Source: an uncultured Candidatus Saccharibacteria bacterium (lineage in GTDB: Bacteria; Patescibacteriota; Minisyncoccia; UBA6257; JAKLIH01). From it: a stretch of DNA of 25,901 nucleotides. The stretch spans positions 1 to 25,901 of the forward strand of contig CAZDQI010000002.1 in NCBI GenBank assembly GCA_964507765.1, in the 5' to 3' direction. The notes below the pieces were generated by a model. It made no database searches. It had not been told where the DNA came from and saw only the letters and a list, made by a program, of their open reading frames with translations. The position numbers and the translations under genes were made by a program. Positions 20,552 to 25,901 of the stretch are shown here, piece after piece. The first letter of the stretch is position 1. Every line of letters starts with the position of its first letter.

Positions 20552-20580
20552 ATTATAGCATTTTATTTTTAAATTGTCAA
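20552..20580 (-). promoter_or_regulatory. Full-consensus sigma70 promoter
   Basis: TTGACA (20575-20580), 17 bp, TG-n-TATAAT (20552-20557). Confidence 0.8.
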
Positions 20581-20581
20581 A

Positions 20582-21361
20582 TTAGCTAATATTTTGTTGA
20601 TTCCTTGCATTCCTTACAGAATCAATTTCTGCCATTATTTCTGGATATTGCTTATGCATTAACTCATATAGGCCAGAACGAGAACAACCAATTTCTCTTG
20701 CAGCTGCGCTCATGCCATCCTTAGCAATTTTTTTAGCAACTTCATTAATATCGTTAATTTTAATGGGGCTATAACTAAAATATTGTTTAAATTCTGGATG
20801 AACATTTTTAATATAGCTCTCCATCCTTTTTCTAGTAATGCCTAATTCTCTAGCAACGCCTTTTATGCCTTTTCCGCTTTTTATACTTTCTTCTAAATAA
20901 TTTCAATATTCATCAAGCACTGCATATATTTTTTCTTTTATTTCGCGTTGTTTACCGGGCATTGAAATTATATAACGAATTTTTTCTATAAGATCCTTGG
21001 GTATAGATTTAGTAACATCTTTTTTTGATAAAAACACTTTGGCTCATTTAATAAAAGCTGAAATAAAAGACTTATTGGATATTTTATCTTTTTTAGGAAT
21101 TAATTTTTCTATTTCTACAGCTGCATCTACAATTATTGGCGGGACAGTATATTTTTCTTCACTTGGCTCAAAAGAATTTAATCGCATATATATTTGCTTG
21201 CAAATTTTTGAAAACAATTTTTTTTGATCATCATTTTTAAAAGCAATTTTTCAATCAAAACTTCCCCTCTTATTAATAAATCTATACAATATGTCTTCTA
21301 TCTTGATAGTCCTATTAATTTTTGATTCTTCTTTTAAAATGCATTGTTCTTTGTTCTGCAT
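20582..21361 (-). CDS. Hypothetical protein with two C-terminal HTH-like motifs, 259 aa (3 TGA); paralog B
   Basis: Open frame through TGA at 21251, 21044 and 20903; IKGVARELGITRKRM and MSAAAREIGCSRSGLY; colinear with the neighbouring paralog. Confidence 0.8.
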
Positions 21362-21373
21362 AATATATTTAAT

Positions 21374-22144
21374 TTAATTATGTTTTTTATTTTTTTTATT
21401 GTGTTGTTTTATTTCTTCCATTACTTTGGGATAATTTTTCTTTAAATAACCACTAAGACATGTTATCGAGCACCCTAGTCTTTCCGCCATTGCATCCATA
21501 CCGTTATCAAAAATATATTGTTTAGCCTCTTCGATATTTTCAATTTTAATTTTTGAGTATCTTTGTTTAATACTTCATCCCGGACTTCTTGTTGTAACAT
21601 ATGCCTGTAATTGTGGTAAACCCATACCCAATTCTCTAGCAATACTTGAAATATTTCTGCCACTAGCTATAACTTCTCCTAAAACTTCTTTGTATTCATC
21701 AAGTATATCATATACTGCGTCTAAGTTTTTTACACCTAATTCAAATTCTCTTGCCTCATTAATTTTATCTATAAGCTCTCAAGGAATAGGTTTAAGATAT
21801 ATTTTTTTAAATAAATCTTTTTTAGCTCATTTAATAAAAGCCATGATAAACTTTTTATCAGATATTTTTTCTCCTTTGGGTATTAGTTTTTCTATTTCAA
21901 TAGCAGCGCTTGCAATAATAGGAGGAACTGCTCCCTTTTCTTCTCTTGGCTCAAAAGCATTTAACCTTAAGCATATTTTTTCACAAATATCTAAAAAAGT
22001 TTTTTCATTACTTTTGTCTTTAAAATTTAATTCTAAATTAAATTTTCCACGGTTATTTAAAAAACGATATACCATATCCTCGATTTGAAGAATTCTATCT
22101 ACTTTTGAGTCTTTTTTAAGTATTGCTTCTCTTTGTTTTTTCAT
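21374..22144 (-). CDS. Hypothetical protein with two C-terminal HTH-like motifs, 256 aa (3 TGA); paralog A
   Basis: Track ORF 21827-22144 extends through TGA to TAA at 21374; ISSIARELGMGLPQL and MDAMAERLGCSITCL; 61/108 identical to paralog B over the N-terminus (hand alignment). Confidence 0.8.
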
Positions 22145-22200
22145 AATATATATTTAAATATATATTTAAATTAAACCAAATTTTTTAAAAATAAACAAGA

Positions 22201-22229
22201 AAAATCCGCAAGAGTTTAATTCTTGCGGA
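22201..22229 (-). terminator. Intrinsic terminator directly after fusA
   Basis: TCCGCAAGA/TCTTGCGGA 9-bp stem, 7-nt loop, followed by a T run on the minus strand. Confidence 0.75.
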
Positions 22230-22236
22230 ATCTTCT

Positions 22237-24354
22237 TTATTCTTTTGCAGTTGGTTTTCTTTTAGAAATAATTTCATCAGCAATATTTTTTGGAACTTCT
22301 TGATAGCTATGGAATTCCATACTAAATGTACCTCTGCCTTCAGTAAATGATCTTAAATTGGTTGCATAACCAAACATTTCTGAAAGTGGAACTAATGAAT
22401 CAACAATACGTAATCCCATACGTTCATCCATTTTTTCAATACGTCCACGTTTAGAATTAATATCACCAATAACATCTCCTAAGAAGTCTTCTGGGGTAGT
22501 TACTTCTAATTTCATAATTGGCTCAAGAATAACTGGTTGAGCTTTTTTAGCTGCATCTTGGAAAGCCATAGAAGCTGCTATTTTGAAAGCAAAATCAGAT
22601 GAGTCAACATCATGGAAAGAACCATCATAAAGAGTAACTCTTAAATCAGACATTGGGTAATTAGCTAAAATACCTTTATCAGTAGCTTCTTTAGATCCTT
22701 TTTCAACTGAAGAAATAAACTCTTGAGGAATAACACCACCTTTAATTTGACTAACAAATTCAAATCCTTTGCCTCTTTCAAGTGGTTCAACCCTTAATCA
22801 AACATGACCATATTGGCCTTTACCTCCAGATTGTCTAATGTATTTACCTTCAGCTTCGGATGTTCCATTAATTGTTTCTCGATATGCAACTTGTGGTTTA
22901 CCAGAGTTAAGTTCAACATTAAACTCACGTTTCATACGATCAATTAAAATATCAAGATGTAATTCACCCATACCACCAATAATGGTGTCATTGGTTTCTT
23001 CATCTGTCTTGATTTGGAATGTAGGGTCTTCATCAGAAAGTTTTTTCAAAGCTTCTCCCATTTTGTCTTGATCGCTTTTAGTTTTAGGTTCAACTTTCAA
23101 TCAAATAACTGGATCTGGAAATGAAATATTTTCTAAAACAATTGGGTGATTAGGATCACATAATGTATCACCTGTTTTGGTATTTTTCAAACCAACAGTA
23201 GCAGCAATATCACCAGCTTCAATATCGTCAATATCTTCTCTTTTGTTAGAAAACATACGAAGAATACGTCCAATTCTTTCTTGACTGTTTTTATTTGAAT
23301 TTAATAAATAAGATCCTTTTTCTAATCTACCGGAATAAACTCGGAAAAATGACAATGTACCAACATATGGGTCAGTAGCAATCTTAAATACTAAAGCAGA
23401 AAATGGTTCTTTCTCATCTGCTTTACGAAGAATAGTTTCACCTTTAAGGTTATCACCTTCAACTGGTTTAACGTCTAGTGGACTTGGTAAAAAGTCAACA
23501 ACAGCATCTAACATTAATTGAACACCTTTGTTTTTGAAAGCAGATCCACATAAAACAGGAACGATTTTATAATCAATGACTGATTTTCTTAAAGAAGTTC
23601 TTAATTCTTCTTCAGTAAAATTAGCATCACCATTTAAATATCTTTCCATTAAAGCATCATCTTCAGATGCAATTTTTTCAACTAATTCATCTCGTTTTGA
23701 TTGAGCTATATCTTTCATGTCTTCAGGAATATCTGATAATGTTAATTTTTCACCAAGTTGACCTTCGAAATTAACTCTTTTCATTCTGATTAAATCAATA
23801 ACTCCTTCAAAATTAGCTTCTTTGCCAATAGGTATATTTAAAGCAATCGCATTAGGAGTTAATCGCTCTTTGATCATGTTTAAGTCATTATCAAAATCAG
23901 CACCCATACGGTCAAGCTTGTTAACAAAACATAAGCGTGGAACTAAATATTTATCTGCTTGTCTTCAGACAGTTTCTGATTGAGGTTCAACACCGGCAAC
24001 ACCATCAAAAACAACAACAGCACCATCTAGAACACGCAAAGAGCGTTGAACTTCAGCAGTAAAGTCAATATGCCCTGGTGTGTCAATAACATTGATTTTA
24101 TATTTATAATTTTCATCATTGTTTCTATAACTTGTTATTCAGAAACAAGTAGTAGCAGCAGATGTAATAGTAATACCTCTTTCTCTTTCTTGTTCCATCC
24201 AGTCCATAACAGCTGCGCCTTCATGAACTTCTCCAATTTTATGAGAAAGACCAGTATAAAATAAAATACGCTCTGATGTAGTTGTTTTACCGGCATCAAT
24301 ATGTGCAATAATACCAATATTACGTATTTTTTCAAGAGGATATTCTTGAGACAT
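22237..24354 (-). CDS. fusA: Elongation factor G, 705 aa (4 TGA, 1 TGG)
   Basis: [12 protein letters not shown][TGA], DTPGH, SETV[TGA]RQA, NKLD, GQYGHV[TGA], [10 protein letters not shown]; four track ORFs share one frame, with TGA at 24139, 23965, 23101 and 22798. Confidence 0.98.
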
Positions 24355-24386
24355 GATTAAATTTTAAAATATTTGTTAAAAATGTA

Positions 24387-24851
24387 TTATTTACCAAAAT
24401 GAGCAAATGCCTTATTAGCTTCAGCCATTTTATGAACGTTTTGTTTCTTTTTAATAGCATTACCTTCACCTTTAAAAGCAGCTATTATTTCATTGGCTAA
24501 TTTTTCGCTTACTGGTTTTCCTTTTTGAGAACGAGAAAAATCAATGATTCATCTCATAGCTAAAGTTAAACGTCTTTTTCCTGAAACAATAACAGGAACT
24601 TGGTAGTTGGCACCACCAATTCTTTTACTTTTAACTTCAAGAGTTGGTCCAACATTTTTTAAAGCTGTTTCTAAAACAAATAACCCATCATTTTTGGTTT
24701 TTTGTTCAAGAATGTCAATCATATCATAAATATTTCTACGAGCAATGGTTTTTTTACCACATTCCATAATCATATTTATAAACTTAGTCACAATAGGGCT
24801 TTTGTATTTACCATCAGCTTTATATTTTTTTTCATCAACAATAAGATCCAT
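24387..24851 (-). CDS. rpsG: 30S ribosomal protein S7, 154 aa (1 TGA=Trp)
   Basis: KFINMIM..GKK, EVKSKRIGGANYQVP, LAMR[TGA]II (24549), HKMAEANKAFAHF. Confidence 0.96.
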
Positions 24852-24880
24852 ATTAATAAATTTTAAAATTAATTAAAGGT

Positions 24881-25294
24881 TTATTTCTTCTCCTTTTTAG
24901 CACCATATTTACTTCTTTGTTGCTTGCGACCTTCAACACCAGTAGTGTCATATTTAGCACGAACAATGTGATAACGAACACCTGGTAAGTCTTTTACGCG
25001 ACCACCTCTTACTAAAACAACAGAGTGTTCTTGGAGATTGTGGCCAATACCAGGGATATAAGCGGTTACTTCTTCACCATTAGATAATTTAACACGAGCA
25101 ACTTTACGTAAAGCTGAGTTTGGTTTTTTAGGAGTAGTAGTAAATACTTTAGTACAAACACCTTTTTTAAATGGTGCGTCATAAAAAGAAGGCTTATTTT
25201 TTTTAATATTAAAACTATTCTTTAATGCACGAGCATTAGCTTTTTTTGTAATAACTTGTCTTCCTTTTTTGACCAATTGGTTAATAGTTGGCAT
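24881..25294 (-). CDS. rpsL: 30S ribosomal protein S12
   Basis: [35 protein letters not shown]. Confidence 0.98.
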   Translation of the reverse strand: MPTINQLVKKGRQVITKKANARALKNSFNIKKNKPSFYDAPFKKGVCTKVFTTTPKKPNSALRKVARVKLSNGEEVTAYIPGIGHNLQEHSVVLVRGGRVKDLPGVRYHIVRAKYDTTGVEGRKQQRSKYGAKKEKK

Positions 25295-25348
25295 ATGTCA
25301 AAAACTTAAAAATTAATTAAATATTTTAATAAAATATATAAAAATACA

Positions 25349-25375
25349 TATTTTACAAAGCCATTTTGTAAAATA
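25349..25375. other. 11-bp hairpin in the rpsL 5' leader
   Basis: TATTTTACAAA-GCCAT-TTTGTAAAATA. Confidence 0.4.
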
Positions 25376-25422
25376 AATTATGTCTTAGCACATTAACATA
25401 ATCCTATTGTATAGGTAATTAA

Positions 25423-25451
25423 ATATTACCATATCTATTATTAAAAGTCAA
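25423..25451 (-). promoter_or_regulatory. Probable str-operon (rpsL) promoter
   Basis: TTGACT (25446-25451), 17 bp, TG-n-TAATAT (25423-25428). Confidence 0.55.
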
Positions 25452-25490
25452 TAAAATACCGCCAAGACATATAACCTAAGATCTTGGCGG
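25452..25490 (-). terminator. GC-rich hairpin terminator
   Basis: CCGCCAAGA (25459-25467)/TCTTGGCGG (25482-25490), followed by TATTTT on the minus strand. Confidence 0.6.
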
Positions 25491-25590
25491 CTGTGGTATA
25501 ACACGATATGTGGCTAGATAATTTCCTTAACTGACAATAGCCTTACATTGTCAGTTAAAATAAGGTACGAGTTGTGCATGGTTCTGCACA
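25452..25590 (-). ncRNA. Candidate ~140-nt small RNA with its own promoter and terminator
   Basis: Hairpins at 25572-25591 (7 bp) and 25527-25558 (12 bp) plus the terminal hairpin; no known family recognised. Confidence 0.45.
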
Positions 25591-25595
25591 ATCAA

Positions 25596-25624
25596 ATACT
25601 ATCAAATCATTCTTAAATTGTCAA
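25596..25624 (-). promoter_or_regulatory. Sigma70 promoter driving the candidate sRNA
   Basis: TTGACA (25619-25624), 17 bp, TG-n-TAGTAT (25596-25601). Confidence 0.65.
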
Positions 25625-25735
25625 TACAATAGAATATTATGTCTTGATCGCCAGAAATACATTCTTTAAAGAATGGTGCACCGGTTGTCTCTTTATACTA
25701 ATAACAAAATTCTATAATGTTTAAGTCAATAAATA

Positions 25736-25759
25736 CCGCCAAGACATATGTCTTGGCGG
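25736..25759. repeat. 24-bp perfect palindrome CCGCCAAGACATATGTCTTGGCGG
   Basis: Read directly; arms identical to the hairpin at 25459-25490. Confidence 0.8.
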
Positions 25760-25836
25760 CGGATTTTAGGATTGCCTGATTCGGCTAATATCTCGGCAAA
25801 ATATTGGGCTTGCCGAACGCCCTATGTCCATGTTTA

Positions 25837-25858
25837 AATGTCTTGGACCCAAGACATT
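25837..25858. repeat. Dyad AATGTCTTGG-AC-CCAAGACATT
   Basis: Read directly; shares the ATGTCTTGG core with the 24-bp palindrome. Confidence 0.7.
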
Positions 25859-25901
25859 GTTCTGACTCTAAAAAACAATTTATTCCTCCTTTCGTTTTTT
25901 T

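Noticed and set aside
2051-21190. Additional CGA/CGG reassignment as reported for Absconditabacteria
   Set aside because: CGA occurs at conserved Arg positions (MurB FGYR, PgeF SYRR, SecY FRL) and aligns with an AGG Arg between the two paralogs
20582-22144. Dual-HTH genes as an IS element
   Set aside because: No DDE, HUH or serine-recombinase motif, terminal inverted repeats or target duplications were seen
569-24264. Plus-strand ORFs in the track (e.g. 569-772, 1245-1457, 8601-8945, 17486-17833, 21690-22088, 24046-24264)
   Set aside because: Antisense shadows of well-supported minus-strand genes with no recognisable motifs
11656-24335. Alternative-frame minus-strand ORFs (11656-11868, 18732-18914, 19128-19442, 21475-21663, 24135-24335)
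   Set aside because: They lie out of frame inside rpsH, rpsJ, tuf, paralog A and fusA
1601-24851. Widespread pseudogenisation or sequencing errors explaining the fragmented ORFs
   Set aside because: All breaks are in-frame TGA with no frameshifts, occur in essential genes, and are enriched at conserved Trp sites
1601-24851. UGA=Gly (table 25, Gracilibacteria/Absconditabacteria)
   Set aside because: TGA aligns to Trp motifs (HAGW, KKPW, IKTW, terminal SW), and conserved Gly residues use GGN codons
1601-24851. UGA as selenocysteine
   Set aside because: Too many sites, none at catalytic Cys positions, in proteins that are not selenoproteins
25674-25692. tRNA 3'-end-like sequence (minus strand ...CCGGTGCACCA)
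   Set aside because: No cloverleaf or T-loop can be built upstream; the match is too short
25695-25729. Third promoter at the second repeat copy
   Set aside because: TTGACT and TAGTAT are 23 bp apart, and the hexamer at 17 bp is a poor -10
25446-25858. CRISPR array
   Set aside because: Only two near-identical repeats about 278 nt apart, no regular spacers and no cas genes

Overview
AT-rich bacterial chromosome segment with every supported gene on the minus strand. It holds the str, S10 and spc ribosomal clusters (rpsL-rpsG-fusA, tuf, rpsJ to rplO, secY), then MFS-ddl-pgeF-HAD, adk-map-ruvX-murB, a histone H1-like protein and mscS. Main result: the organism reads UGA as Trp (translation table 4). 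The supplied ORF track is fragmented because genes are cut at in-frame TGA codons, many at conserved Trp sites (L4 KKPW and SPLW, S3 W..SRW and KVW, S19 IKTW, L16 KIW, S14 terminal W, PgeF HAGW, Ddl PKLW). Reading through gives full-length proteins, and all called genes end in TAA or TAG. My hand count is 43 TGA versus 6 TGG Trp codons. The cell carries peptidoglycan genes (murB, ddl), which argues against Mollicutes. It lacks rpmD at its usual position and shows Patescibacteria (CPR)-like features; the established recoding in CPR is UGA=Gly. Other points: fusA and tuf are separated by a terminator, two paralogous unknown dual-HTH genes and a ~250-nt structured RNA candidate with a consensus promoter. 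Upstream of rpsL lie promoter/hairpin/terminator modules built on a repeated CCGCCAAGA palindrome. All translations, counts and folds were done by hand; no database searches were run.
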